Shown here: positions 30,822-52,450 of the stretch, piece by piece | Numbering within the stretch: the first letter of the stretch is position 1 | How the letters are laid out: each line of letters begins with the position of its first letter | Source of the DNA: the human T2T-CHM13v2.0 reference genome, Homo sapiens | Strand: one strand, 5' to 3' | Assembly: GCF_009914755.1 (NCBI RefSeq) | Contig: NC_060938.1 | DNA: 64,000 bases | Translations under genes and position numbers: made by a program | Notes under the pieces: model-generated | The model's database searches: none | What the model was told of the DNA's origin: nothing | Seen by the model: the letters and a program-made list of their open reading frames with translations, nothing else

Positions 30822-30887
30822 GGAGGGGCGTGCCCGTGGGAGGGGCATGCCCACGGGAGGGGTGTGCCCGTGGGAGGGGTGTGCCTG
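30822..30887. repeat. 17-bp G-rich minisatellite, about 3.9 copies
   Basis: Unit ggaggggyrtgcccryg. Confidence 0.9.
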
Positions 30888-31080
30888 CAGCAGCTGCCCT
30901 GGCTGTGCTCATCTTTGAGGCAGCTGCCACGTGGGCACTTGGGAACTGGTGCCCACACCTCTGTCTGTCTTTAGAGCTGGCTCTCTGTGGTCATGGTTGG
31001 GGTGGGGAGTCTTTTAGGCAAGATGGATTTTAGGCAAATCTCCTTTGGTTTTAAGTGGCCACACAATTATCACTTCATAA

Positions 31081-31432
<352 letters not shown>

Positions 31433-33479
31433 TGCATTCTTATTTTTAAATATCAAATGATTTTTTCCCCCACAGTTAGTTTTTTAATGCTTAGGTCTCA
31501 CTCAGTATGTTGAGGTTTGGGTGTACAGCTTTTGCTGTCTGCCCAATGCTGGGCGTGGCTGTGCCACCAAGAAGCAGGCAGGTACTCACTGGGGGTCCTG
31601 CTCAAAGCCAGTGCGGGAAGAGCGCGTGTCTTTCTGCTGCCGTAGCCGCTAGCTAGTTTTTAGACTGCAGTCAACACTCACTGGCCTCAGCAGTACCTGT
31701 GGAGCCATAGATAATCATTCTGATTCCTTTCCACAATAATACTCCACTTATTTGAAGAATGTTATCATGACCTCTAAGCTTTGGCTGACTATCATTCTTC
31801 ATATGCCTTGACTAGTATAACGATGAGAACTGCAGGTTCATGGAAATAATTCACTGACAGCTAAGGTCAAGGCTTCCTGAAATGGGATGAGATTGTGGCC
31901 CACTGTAATGTGCTGGGCCTGTGGATAGGTATTCTGTAGAGAGGGAGCTGTCACTTGTTCCCCTGTCCCTGCGGTTGGCCTGCTTGCACCAGTTACCCAG
32001 GTCTTCTTTCCCTTGAGGATACTGCTCTGGGTCTTAGGATTTCCTCAGTCTCTGTGAGCTCCCCAGACTCTGCTTTCTCCTTTTCCTTTGATATTTTTTA
32101 AAATAGGAAGAACCGGCTACCATATCACACACCTTCACTGTGGTGAACCTCAGCCCATAAAGCTGGCTTGGTTCATGTTGGATTTACTCTTGGATAGAAT
32201 GACTTGGAATGTTTCCACTTTGCTGAGCTTGGATTACCATGTAGTGGAGAAAAGAGAATCAAATCGTTCACGAAGGGCTGTATTAAAATTCTTGCTAATA
32301 CGGAAGTGTTTCAGAGTTGTGGTTGGAGTGGGGCAATACTCTGGTAGCAGAATACAGTGAACAGACCCCTTAGATATTGCTGTTGTGACCGTAAATACAG
32401 ACAAATGATGGATGAGTAAGGGAATTCATTGCAGCACTGTGCGCAACGGAGAAAAACTGGATAGGAAACAATAAGGGAGCAGCAAGCAGTAGGGGCATGG
32501 CCAGGAGATGATGGTGCCTCCATATGATTAAATGCTGTGTGGTCTTTAAAAATGTTTGTGTTACTGGTACAAGAGGGAAAATGCTTACGCATTACATTGA
32601 GTCAAATGCAGGCTATAAAACTGTATATACTGTATCATTTCAACTAAATAGACAAAATTTATGCAAAGAAGACTGGAATGAAGTACTGTATAGCAAAAGT
32701 AATTCACGGGTTTTTTCCTGAGTAATAGGATTATGAATTTTTAAATACTTTTAGTTAGTTTCTAAATGTTCTGTGGTGTGTATTTCTTAATAAGCAGAAG
32801 AAATTTGTGTTCTAAAAAATCACTTCTTTCTTTGCATTGAATCTGAGGTCAACAGCAGGGCTCATGGCAAATGTCAGGAGGCCAGGGGTTTACTCACATG
32901 TGTTTTCAAGAAGACAGGGAGTAGTTTGGAGTTCAGTCAATCCATTGTATACACACACAGCTGATTTTCATTTTAGTGCAGGGATTTTTAAAATGTAAAA
33001 TGTAGATGAAAATATAGTCATTGTGCCATGTATCTGGGATTGTCTATTTTGTTATGCATTAACCAGTGAGTAGCTCATATTTCCCATTTGAAATTTTGCT
33101 TGTTTGTTCAGACTAGTTAGGCAGCTTCCCTTTTAAAGTACTTTAATATGAAATACTTTAATATGCCTTTGCAACTTTTACAATCAGTTATACCAACTAG
33201 TGGATCTATGAATTAGAATATCAAAGAATTATAATAATTATTGGCTTCATTAATTAATGGATCAGAGAATTACTAAATATAACCAGAAGGCTTCTGTTGG
33301 GGAGGTTAATAAGCAAGTCAGTCCTGTCATTCCAAGACATCAAAACCCTCTAGCCTCAGTACATAGCCTCTGCAACCACTGTCAAAAGCCAACTACAGAT
33401 TTTTAGCTGTGAGAAGCCTGTGCTACACTGGCACTTAACACTGATATTCAGAATACTACTCATAGGTACCATGTATTGA

Positions 33480-33700
33480 TTGACTAAGGGCTGGACTTTG
33501 CAGCAGACATTTTGGATGTATTCACTCATTTCACCCCTCCACGTTTCTGTGAGGCAACTATCATTGTGCCCATTTTATAGATGAGAATGAAACCTCTGGG
33601 AGGTTTAGTGATTTGCCCAGGCTACACAAGGGCTAAATCTGGGACTGGACCCCAGGGCCCGGCTGGCATGTTCTTTCTGCCATCTGCATTGCCTCACTGT
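33480..33700 (-). mobile_element. MIR
   Basis: cccattttatagatgag...ggtttagtgatttgcccagg core. Confidence 0.7.
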
Positions 33701-34421
33701 GCATGCCTCTAGCAGTATTCCATAAGTTAGCATTATTCACATTAAACCAAATATTTAAAACATGAATATAATTTGAAAATCTTTTTTCAAGGTTTAATTT
33801 GATTTGCAAAGTGTGCCAAATACACTAGATCATATTCAGCACATCATTGTGTGAAATACTATGTTACGGTCTCTTCACAAGTTTTATTAGGTAGGTGCAA
33901 CTGACAAATTAAAATTTTTAAGCTCTTGGCAGTCAATGACATTAATGAATAATTAACTTAGTTCTTTATCCTGGTTAACCAAAATTAAGGAGCAAGTGGC
34001 TTTTGCTTTTTCTCTTGTCTACTGCACCTTCTCCTTACAAATTGGCAAATTACAGAAAAAAATCTTTTCTCTTTTGCTCTTTTAGATAGAACATACTATA
34101 GTTTCTTTTGTTTCTCTCATTAGCTGCCCTCTCCAGTTTAGATAGATATTCTGTAGTGATTTATAGAAAAGGGTTTAGTAGATGTTTGTAGTTTTTCAGA
34201 GATTAAAAAAGACGTTTCAAATTTTGTATTATGAAAATGTTCTCAAATGTGTACAAAAGTAGAAAGAAGAGTACCTTTTACCTGCCATTCTCATTTATCA
34301 ATATGTGGTCAGTTTTCATTATGACCCTCTCCCACTACCCCTCACCCCATATTGGATTATTTTAAAGCAAATCTAAGACGCTATATCATTTTATCTGTAA
34401 ATATGTCAGTATGTATTTCTA

Positions 34422-34770
<349 letters not shown>

Positions 34771-35594
34771 AGTCTATAATACCATTATTACACTTAAAAA
34801 TTAATAATTTCTTAATATCATTTAATAGCAAGTCAGCATTCAGATTTCCCTAATTGTCCAATGAATGACTTTTTAATAGCAGTTTTATTGAAATATAATT
34901 CACATACCATAAAACTGACCCTTTTAAAATGTACGATTCATTGATTATTAGTATAAGTTGTAAAACCATCACCACTATCTAATTTTAGAAAATTTGTATC
35001 ACCCGGAAAGAAACTCCTCACCCATGAGCGGTCATTTCCAGTTGCTCCCTCCTCCCAGTCCCTGGCAACTGCTAGTCTACATCATGTCTCCATAGATTTG
35101 CCACCTTGGATGTTTTCTGGAAATGAATTCATACAATATGTGGTCTTTTGCCACTGTCTTCTCCCACTTAGCATACTTGTTTTCAGGGTTCACCCATGTT
35201 GGATCACACATCATTCCTTTTCATTGTCAAGTAATATTCCACTGGATGCAACATTTTGTTTATCCATTTATCAGGCAATGGGCATTTCAGTTGTTAATAA
35301 ATTACTTTATGAAATCAGTTCATTAATGTCTTTTTCCCCATTTATATTTCTATTATATTGAATTTTTAATGTTACAGGATTCTTGCACTCCTAGACCCAT
35401 GCCTAAGAATTCAAATGAAAACGCATGGTACAATGGACAGCCCCATCTACATGTACCTTTTGATAATTTCGAAACCTTTTTAAAGTGATGCAGTAAGAGA
35501 CAGTGTTTTAACTCTGCTGCAGGGTTTCAGGTTTCTGGACAGTAGATACAAAGTAGCATGCTCTCTTGTTCTGAACCTTGCTCTTTTTACTTAG

Positions 35595-35983
<389 letters not shown>

Positions 35984-38920
35984 TAGGAGATGCCACAGTG
36001 TATTCAACCAGTCCCTGCAACAGGCTTTGGTTTTGCAAATTGTGCTGCAGTGATTGGCCGTATGCGTAGGGCATTTTGTATTTTTGCCAGTCTCTTTAGG
36101 ACAGGTGCCTAGAAGTAGGGGTGCTGGGTCAGAGGATACGTGCACCTGTGATTTTGCTGGATGTTGGTGATGGTGATGATAGGAATCTCCTCCAGCACTC
36201 AGCTAATCATCTACTTTGTCTTATAACTTAGCAAAAGCAGGTTGCCTTTTCCAGTTCTAAATACAGACATCTTTTAAATTTTGAAATGGATAATTAGGAA
36301 TTCTAGCTTCATAGTGGTTAGATATGTTAAAAGTAAACTTTGGATTTCCTCATATAATCATATATGTAATCATGTTTTTAAGCCTAATGGGAGTTTTATA
36401 TATCAAATAGTGCACATTGCATTATTGATGTGATGTAAGTTAAAAGCATTTCTTGATCATTAGATTATAACTTAATATCAAAAAAATGCATTAGTAGATT
36501 TGGCTAGCTTTACTAGAACTTCTAGATTTATTCATATCAACTGTAGTTTTGAAAATATATTATCATGGATAGTGCTTTTTGAAGTCTGGGTATTCTAATT
36601 CAACCATTTAGAATGATGAAAAAAATTTATTTCAGGCTTAATTATGAATGTGTTTGGACCTGAGATTTTTAATACCTTAGTTAGATTTTCAGTTACCAAA
36701 CTATGGAGTCATATTGCAGGGAATCTAACTCAAGGTGGTTTAAATAGTATGAAATATAACAGGAAACTGCTGAGCATAAATACCGCACCTGTTACTGGAA
36801 ACCAGTCTTCAGCTTGGTTGCCCTTCTCCCTTCACTTCCAGCGGGTTGGTAGGGTCTGTTCTCAGAGAGGCCAACTCATTGGGAAACTCAAATGTTGCTT
36901 TACAGAACACGCTTCTCACATGAATGAAAGACAACAGATTTCAGAGTGGGAAGATACCTTAAGGAACATTTTTGAGCAAAGGCTTTCCTTTATGGGTAAG
37001 GAAAATTGGACCCAGAGGACCTTGCCTGTGGACACCTGGCTAGGTGGGGACACAGCAGGGACTGGCGCCCCGGCCCCTGAATCCCAGGCCTGAGTTCCTT
37101 CCCCTCCTCTCCACTACCTCCCCCACTCTGCCTTGGTGTAAGCACAGGAAGTAAGTGGCTGGTTTTGGGGGAGAATGTGCCTAGGGTTCTACTCCAAATC
37201 TGTGTACAGGATATGCAGCCCATGGGTTCTCACTGGCTCTGATTCTGCCTCTGGTACCACTTGACCATAGCATTTTATTCTCTTCACATTATATTCACGA
37301 TACAAAATTGCACCCATTGTCCACAACAGAGCATTTTATTGTCGGGATGTAGCCAGGGGATAATGGCTACCACTTCTAGGGTGTCTACTATGTGCCGGGC
37401 ACTGTACTAGAAACTTCGCATTGCTCATTCCTAGTCCTCACAGCAGCCCTGCAAGGTGGGTGGGCACTCTGACCTTATTTTAGAAAGAATCCAAGGCGTG
37501 TGCTGCGTCTTCCAGCTCAGCTGAGGATGAGTCCAGTCCTGTCTGCCTTGAGGACCCTTGCCCTCCTTCACCTGGGCACCTCTTACCCCCAGAGACAGGA
37601 TTCCAGCCATCCTGCAATCCTTCCACCGGATGCGTTCCAAACACAGCGTTTCTCAGGCTCCTTTCATCTGAGAAATTCTCCTTTTGGTGCTGTGTTTGTT
37701 GTCGTGTTTTGCCTCTAGGAAAAAGTTAATTTTTTTTTTAAAACAACCCTTTCATGAACCAAAAGAATCTCTCATATCTTAGTGTCATCTGGAAGCTAGG
37801 GATCCATTTACCTTAGCACATGACGAGCAGAAAATTGTGTTTGAAACTTCCCTGCTGCTATGTCACTTCTGCATTTTTAAAGAGCACTTATCTGAAAATG
37901 ATTCATTACAGCTGCTCCTCTTTCCTGTCATCTTCAAGATCCAGGCTGGCACCTGTTCAGACTCAACACTAGGAGGTATTTTTCCTTCCACCAGGTTTTC
38001 TTACCGCAGCGAGCTTTCTTCCTTGAGTGGCTAATAATTTTTATACATGGTAATGTGAAAGAAACCTGGCGTGATGGCATGTGCAAAATAGGTACTTAGT
38101 AAGCGTGCTGGTGGTGGGGGTTACGATGCTATTTAATCAGTCAGTGGTTACAAAAACCCAAGGATGTTATCAAGACAGGGATGAGCAGCAATTGGATCTT
38201 GCCGAAGTTGGGATCTATCCAACTTCTCAGTCATTCCAAGAGTAGTCAGTGTGTGTCCCCCTCCCCCTTCCCATCCCTCTCCTCTTCCTCCTCTTCCCAC
38301 CCTCTATTTTTCTTTCATGATCTCTCATCACAACTTTAATATTCTACTTGCTTCTGATGCTACTCTATGATATTTTAAGATATAAAATATACACTCTGGG
38401 AATGCCTCCTGCATTGCATCTGATTTTCTTTTCATGGGCTTTTAAAATCCTATTTTCTATTTCTTCTTTTGAGAAAAGGACAACAATAGATTATTATGAG
38501 ATTGAATTTTGAAATTATCACTCAAGAAAGAATGAACAACTTAGTAGTAACTCCAAAATGGCAACATAATGTCTGCTCTTAGAAGCAAGGCTTTCGTTAC
38601 TGAAATTAAACCAAGTTACATTTCCAGTGTATGTTCACTCCCTTCTGTGTGTAGGCCTGGGAGCAGGTACTAGCTTCAAGGATCCTGCAGTCAGTGGAGT
38701 AGACAGACTATTGGATTTAGCGTTCCAAGTGTGATGACGGTGGCCAGGGCAAGGCGCTGTGGGAGCATGGAGGAGGCCCCACTTTCTTTTACATTAAAGA
38801 GAGAAGGAAGATTGGCCCTCAGCTTTAGGGACTGGAAAGTTCCAGCAAGTTAAAAATTTGGCATAATACACAGTTTTGTTGTTGGTAATATTTTAAGAGC
38901 CTAAATGGAGGCAGATTTAA

Positions 38921-42330
<3,410 letters not shown>

Positions 42331-42393
42331 AGTGCTGCTGGTGTTTCAAAATTCATGTCCTTTTCCTTTCTACTTAGCTTATGTTCTGTAAAA

Positions 42394-42913
42394 CAGTGGT
42401 CTCCAGCCTTTTTGGCACCAAGGAAATTGTGGAAGATGATTTTTCCACAGAAGTGGGGCGGGTGGTGGGGATGGTTTTGGGGCTATTCAAGCATGGTACA
42501 TTTATTGTGTACCTTCTTTCTTATTATTTATTGTGTACCTTCTTTCTTACTATTACATTTTAATATATAATGAAATAATTATACAGCTCACCATAACGTA
42601 GAATCAGTGGCAGTCCTGAGCTTGTTTTCCTGCAACCAGATAGTCCCATCTAGGGTTGATGGGAGACAGCGACAGATCATCAGGCATTAGATTCTCATAA
42701 GGAATGCTCAACCTAGATCCCTCGCATGCACAGTTCACAAGAGTTTGCACTCCTATGAGAATCTAATCTGATCTGACAGGAGGCAGAGCTCAGGTGGTAA
42801 CATGAGTGATGGGTAGCAACCGTAAATAGAGATGAAGAGTTGCTCACTCGCTCACTGCTCACCTCCTCCTGCTGTGTGGCCTCATCTTCCTAACAGGCAG
42901 TTGAGGACCCCTG
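42394..42913 (+). mobile_element. MER1A (hAT-Charlie) DNA transposon
   Basis: TIRs cagtggtctccagc and gttgaggacccctg; perfect 8-bp TSD ctgtaaaa at 42386-42393 and 42914-42921. Confidence 0.9.
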
Positions 42914-42974
42914 CTGTAAAATGTTACCTTTGCAAAGGGGAACTTTCTGATATTATTTTCTGCTTGTCTTACAG

Positions 42975-43107
42975 CAAGACCACTGATGCAGACCCTGCCT
43001 TTAAGAACCACGGTCAACAATGGCACTGTGTTACCAAAGAAACCTACTGGCTCTCTACCATCCCCCTCCGGGGTCAGGAAAGAAACTGCTGTGCCAGCAA
43101 CCAAAAG
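42975..43107 (+). CDS. EML1: EML1 coding exon (canonical exon 3), 133 nt, phase 1-2
   Basis: Acceptor ttttctgcttgtcttacag|CA, donor AAAG|gtgagc; continues the frame as (A)RPLMQTLPLRTTVNNGTVLPKKPTGSLPSPSGVRKETAVPATK. Confidence 0.96.
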
Positions 43108-43621
43108 GTGAGCCAGAAGCAGGGCCTTAAATGAACTCTCAAAGCAGTTCTCTCTTAGATTCCAACATGAGTATTACTTTTTAAAATGACATTGTACAAT
43201 TTCTTCTGTGAGTTAAAGCTTATAAAAGTCCAACATTTTATATGGTGCCATAACAAGAACTAGTTAAGTTTATTATTATTCTTGTTTTAGATTTACTTGT
43301 GTTGCCTTTGAAACCTCACTGGCTAAAACCACAGTGTGGTGTTTTGTATTTTTACTTAAAGTTCTCTTTTGAAAAAACAAATGTTAGTATAACCTGGGTA
43401 AAAATAAATAGCTGTTCCCAAGTCCATACTGGGAACATGGCAAAATTCAGATTGCCATAGCAACCTTAGATTTTTCTCTATGCAATTTGGATAAGCTCAT
43501 ACTTTCAAAATGTACCCAACAATGGAGTCTAAATATTGATGTTATCTGTCACAAAGAGCACAGTTTGCTCTTAACTTTGCTATTATTTTGTAATTATCAT
43601 TTAAAGATTTTTATATTTTAG

Positions 43622-43711
43622 GGCCAGGTGCAGTGGCTTACACCTATAATCCCAGCACTTTGGGAGGCCAAGGTGGGCGGATCACTTGAGCTCAGGAGTG
43701 TGAGACCAGCC
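43622..43711 (+). mobile_element. Alu left-arm fragment
   Basis: ggccaggtgcagtggcttacacc...gagaccagcc, then stops. Confidence 0.88.
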
Positions 43712-43718
43712 CACCTTA

Positions 43719-46575
<2,857 letters not shown>

Positions 46576-47091
46576 TACATGCATGCCTCATTTTATTGTG
46601 TCTGGCTTTATTGTGCTTTAGAGATACCACATTTTTTTTACAAATTGGTGGTGGTGGCAACCCTGTGTTGAGTAAATCTATCAGCATCGTTTTTCCAACA
46701 TGTACCCACTTCATGTCACATTTTGGTAATTCTTGCAACATTACAACTTTTTTGTTATCATTATGTCTGGTATGGTGATCAGTGATCTTTGGTGTTAATA
46801 CTGTAATTGTTTTGGGGCACCAAAAACAGCACCCATAGAAGGTGGCAAACTTAATCCATAAATGTGGTTTGTGTCCTGACTCCTCTGCCCATTGTTTCCC
46901 CATCTCTTTCCCTCTCCATTGGCCTCCCTTTTCCCTGAGACACAACAATATTGAAATAAGGCCATTTAGTAACCCTATAATGGCCTCTAAGTGTTCAAGT
47001 GAAGGAAGAGTCATACATTTTTCACTTTAAATCAAAAGCTAGACATGATTCGGCTTAATGAGGAAGACATGTCAAAAGCCAGGATAGACCA

Positions 47092-47503
47092 TCATGTGGT
47101 TTAGATGTTTGTCTCCTCCAAATTTCATGTTGAAGTGTGATCCCCACTGTTGGAGATGGGCCTGGGAGGAGGTGTTTGGTTCATCAGGGTAGATCCCTCA
47201 TGAACGTATTGGTGCTGTCTTCACAATAAGTGAGTTCTTGCTCTGAGTTCACTCAAGGTCTGGTTGTTTAAAAGAGCGTGGCACCTCCTCCCCACTTGCT
47301 CCCTCTCTTGCCAAAGGACGTGCCTGCTCCTGTCTTGTCTTCTGCCATGATTGAAAACTCCCTGAGGCCGCACCAGAAGCTGAGCAAATGCCGGTGCCAT
47401 GCTTCCTGGACAGCCTGCAGAACTGTGAGGCAATTAAACCTCTTTTCTTTATAAATTACCCAGCCTTGGGCATTCCTTTATAGCTGCACAAAACGGACTC
47501 ATG
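47092..47503 (+). mobile_element. MaLR solo LTR (MSTB-like) nested in Tigger1
   Basis: tccaaatttcatgttgaa...cctgcagaactgtgag...ataaattacccagcc...cattcctttatagc. Confidence 0.85.
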
Positions 47504-48418
47504 CAGGCCTGTTGTTCCAAACAGTTAGCCAAGTTATAGATGCAAAGAAAAAGTTCTTGAAGGAAATTCGAAGTGCTACTCCAGTGAACACGTGAATGAT
47601 AAAAGAAAAAAATAAAAAGCAACATCCTTATTCCTGATAGGGAGAAAGTTTGAGTGGTCAGAATCAAAGATCATACGAGGCACAACATTCCCTTAAGCCA
47701 AAGCCTAATACAGAGCAAGGCCTTAACTCTCTTCAATTTTATGAAATCTGAGAGAGGTGAGGAAGCTGTAGAAGAAAAGATTGAAGCCAGCAGAGGTTGG
47801 CTCATGAGGTTTAAGGGAAGATGCCCTCTCCATAACATAAAAGTGCAAGGTAAAGCAGCAAGTGCTATTGTAGAAGCTGCTACAGGTTATGCAGAAGACC
47901 TAGCTAGCTAAGATAACTGGTGAAAGCAGCTACACTAAACAACACATTTTCAATGTAGATGAAACAGCGTTACATTGGAGGAAGGTGCCATCTAGGGCTT
48001 TTATATGAGAAGTCAATACCTGACTTCAAAGCTTCAAAGGACAGACTGACTCTTGTTAGGGCCTGATGTGGCTGGTGACTTTAAATTGGAGCTAGTGTTC
48101 ATTTATCATTCCAAAAATCCTAGGGCCCTTAAGAATGATGCTAAATCTCTGCCTGTGCTCTATAAATGGAAGAAAACCTAGATGACAGCACATCTGTTGT
48201 AGCAATATGATGTACTGAATATTCTTAGCCCATTGTTGAGGCCTACTGCTCGGAAGAAAAAGCTTCCTTTCCAAATATTACCATTCATTTACAGTGTACC
48301 TAGTCATCCAGGAGCTCTGATGGAGCGGAAATTAATGTTTTTATGCTGGCTCACACAACACGCATTCTGCAGCCCTTGGATCAAGGAGTAATTTCAACTG
48401 TCAAGTTTTATTATTTAG

Positions 48419-48717
<299 letters not shown>

Positions 48718-48815
48718 CAAGGCATTTGCTGCCATTGATAGTGATTCCTCTAATAGATCTGGGCAATGTCAACTGAAAACCTTCTAGAAAGGATTCAACA
48801 TTTTAAAAGTCTTTA

Positions 48816-49007
<192 letters not shown>

Positions 49008-52000
49008 TCATGGGAGGAGGCCAAAATCTCAACATGAACAGGGAAGTTTGGAAGAAGATGATTTCAGCCCTCATGGATGACTCTGAGGCAATTCAAGACT
49101 TCACTGGAGAAAGTCACTGCAAATGTGGTAGAAATAGCAAGAGAACTAGAATTCGAAATGCAGCCTGAGGATAGGACTGAGTTGCTACGATCTCCTGATA
49201 AAACTTTAATGGGCGAGGAATTACTGCCAAAATAGTAGTTTCTTGCGATAGGATCTACTCCGAGAGAAGATGCTGTGAACACTGTTCACATTTCATGACA
49301 ATAAAGGGTTTAGAGTAGCACACAAACCCTGATGAAGCAGTGGCAGGGTCGTGTGGCTGGAGCGTGGGGAACGTGGCCCGGGCTGTCTGGCTCCAAAGCC
49401 TGTGCGCCTTCCATTGTGCTCGGCTGCTTCCCGCACAGATTTCCAGGTCAGCCCTGACATCTGCTCAGGAAAAACGCTTGATATAATGACTGCTTGCAAA
49501 TCATCCTTCTTTTATGCCCCATCCTGTCTGTGTACTATTTGTGGGAGCAGGAGCAGCAGTCAGGAGTGAGGGTGACTCTCAGCAAAGATTTCTCAGATTG
49601 CAGGTCTGATGTTGTTAAGGGGATGTCGGGGCCAAACACCAAGTAAGGAAACAAGTCCTGGCTATGAACAGAGGCCTGGGTCTTACACCCCCACATTTCA
49701 GCCACATATGAAAGGGCTCCTAGGTGGCAATTACTCTCAGCAATTTTATCTTAGGGAAGAAGGGAGGGAGGAAGGGAGCAAGACAGGAAGGAGTGAACGA
49801 ACACGTGAAAAATTATGCTTTGTAGCCATCGTGTTATATCTAAGTGTGTACGTGTGTGTGCTAGCACTTAAATGGTAACCCTCCTCCCAGAAACATTCTA
49901 AGGCCTCTGTAGACTTTTCCTTATAATTTACAGAATATCCGTTTGATTACTCTAATAAGCTATTGTCAGCATATAGCTGCCAACTAGAAATACATATTTT
50001 TCTAGACTGAGTGTCCAAGACTCTGGGTTTTGAGTGAAAGTGTAGTGATTCATGTATTTTGGTTCGTTTCTGGCATTTATGGGCTTCGGTGGATGGGACT
50101 TCCCTTCCATTTGGAAGCTAGAAATAAGAACAGTAGCATCTAATTGCTACTCTGTGGTAAAGTTCCTATAGATCTCTCATTAGGAGAGAATTTTGAAAAC
50201 AGAAAGAAGCAGGCTGGGCATTCTGAATATTAGGATTAAAATAACTTCCAAGTCATTTCAAATATGTTTACAATCAGGTAGGAATTTTTCTGTAATCAGA
50301 GTTCCAAATTAAATGAGTTGGGGCATCTGTGGTGTGTGGATGGGTATATGTTTGTTTTCTTTTCTCCGGGGGTTTTTCAGCCTGGTGCTTAAGAACAAAA
50401 TCCCCTTTGGAAATAGTCCAGTTCCCAGCGGTTGTGCTTTGTGTTGCCAATTAAGACTTCGATTGAGGGCTTGATTTGGAATCCTTGGGAAAAGCTTTGT
50501 TTCCATTAGGCAAAGGAAAAAAGGCAGAAAATCCAGGGAAGACATTGTAGGTCATACCTTGCTCAGTGGGGATGCGGAGGCTGACAATGGAGTAACATTT
50601 CTACTGGTTCAAGAAAGAGACAATCACTGTTCTCTGGGCTCATAAGTAGAGCATGACAATAGGCCAAGCTATGTGAACAGAGATCAAAAGAACAAAACTG
50701 GTACAAAAAGCGTTATTTAAAAAATGCTCTGTGACAAATGTGAGATAGACTGGTAAATATCTCTTGCTTCCAAACAAACAGCCAATAGTCCTTTGGAAAA
50801 ATAGTTCCACTTGTTAGAAGTACAGCATTTGTAATTGCACTGAAGCCAGTGCTGGGTACATAGCGTGATTTGAAGAATAGAAAGCCAAAATCTGGCTTCA
50901 GTTGATTTTTAAGAATTATTTCTAATATATTTCTCTATTATTCCGATCCATTGAAACGTAGGTGATAAATCCATGTTTGAGTCTGTTCTCAGTAGCAAAA
51001 TAGAGGTGGAAGTATTGTCCTGTTGAACAAAGGAAGACCTGCGGGACCTGTCCCCTTATCAGAAGTGATATGGTTCTCCCCACTAGCTCGAGTAGTTGAC
51101 TTTGTATTGTAGAAAGAAAGACTTATGTATATAGAATTCTCTAAGATTCTCCCAGACCACTAGCCTTCCTGAAAAATGACTTGGATTTTGCCGAAGATCA
51201 GTTTTTAGACAGTGAAAGATATGAGCATTTGTTAATTTAATTACTGAAGTGCGTTATCTCAGTCTGTCAGAATTATCTCCTAATTTGAGGGACAAAAGCC
51301 AGGTGGGTCCTGGTCCCTTGTGGACCCTCCAGCACTCAGCATAGCGCACAGTGGATGGTTGATGCCTAGTAAGTGTCTGTTGAGCAGATCACTGCTTTTA
51401 TCCAGTGTTAGTCGCCCCAGCTGTCAGGACAAATGAAATCATCAGAAAATCTCTGGTCACACATAAGAGCTGTCTGTCAGATTTCTGTTTTGGTTGTAAA
51501 AGTTTGGGATACTTTTGCAAAATTTTGGAAAATCAATTTTTGATTCCCAATCACATGATGAAAGAAAACCTAATTGTAGCTTCTTATGCTTAGAATTCTT
51601 ATTAACCATAAGAAGAAAGACATCTGTTTTTCTTATGGTCACCAGTCTCCCTGCAGAAATTTTATTATGTCTAAAGTGTTAAGTGGCACAAATTGTTGAA
51701 TGCATATGCAATGTAATATAAAGAACCATTTATTTTCATAACTTACAAGGTTGCAGGTTTGGGTGTGCGGACAGAGAGCAGAAGGGAAAACAAAATAAGT
51801 GGTGATGTCTATGCATTTCTATACAAAAAATACTTGCCTTAAGCACTAAAAAATATACTGCATTATTGCACAGTCTCTCACAAGCCAGTACTTCTACCAC
51901 TTTCAAAATAAAGAGCATTATTTTTCACTCGCCGTCCAGAGAGAACATAGCTTCTTTGATATTCCCTGCTGGTTATTTGAGGAGGCTTCCTGCAGTGAGT

Positions 52001-52393
52001 GTACGGTATTGCTCTCTCTGGCTGCCCTTGTTACTGCAAATGTCTTGTCTTTAAGCTTTATTTTCTGTCCTTCACTTTGAGTCCTAGTAAATCCTCTTTA
52101 ATTCATAAGAGCCCTTGGTTCTCAAAAGGAAATGTCTTGTTTTTTATTCTACGTCTGGGACAACAGTAAGATTTTTTTAAAAAGTTTAACATTTTAATGC
52201 AAATATGGGAATGACAAATATCTTGGAAGAGTTGTGAAGGATTATATCCACGTCTATATTTGCGAACCAAAATGTCTTTCGATTTTGATGTGTGCGTCCT
52301 GCAATTTACTGAAGCTTATCAAAATACTTTTCCACGCTTTTATTAATTGCACTCACATTTATTCTGCTTTATTTCTGTGCCTCTTATATGTAG

Positions 52394-52450
52394 ATTAAAC
52401 AGATCTGTGAGTCTTCTCAATGCTTGCAAACTGAATAGATCGACACCAAG
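52394..52450 (+). CDS. EML1: EML1 alternative cassette exon, 57 nt (+19 aa), phase 2-2
   Basis: Acceptor ttctgtgcctcttatatgtag|AT, donor CAAG|gtgagg; in frame (R)LNRSVSLLNACKLNRSTP(S); repeat-free flanks; consistent with my recollection of a longer EML1 isoform. Confidence 0.88.

Noticed and set aside
33139-33165. Short direct repeat tactttaatatg x2 (similar ones near 4282/4318 and 60009-60045)
   Set aside because: Ordinary slippage-scale duplications with no functional hint
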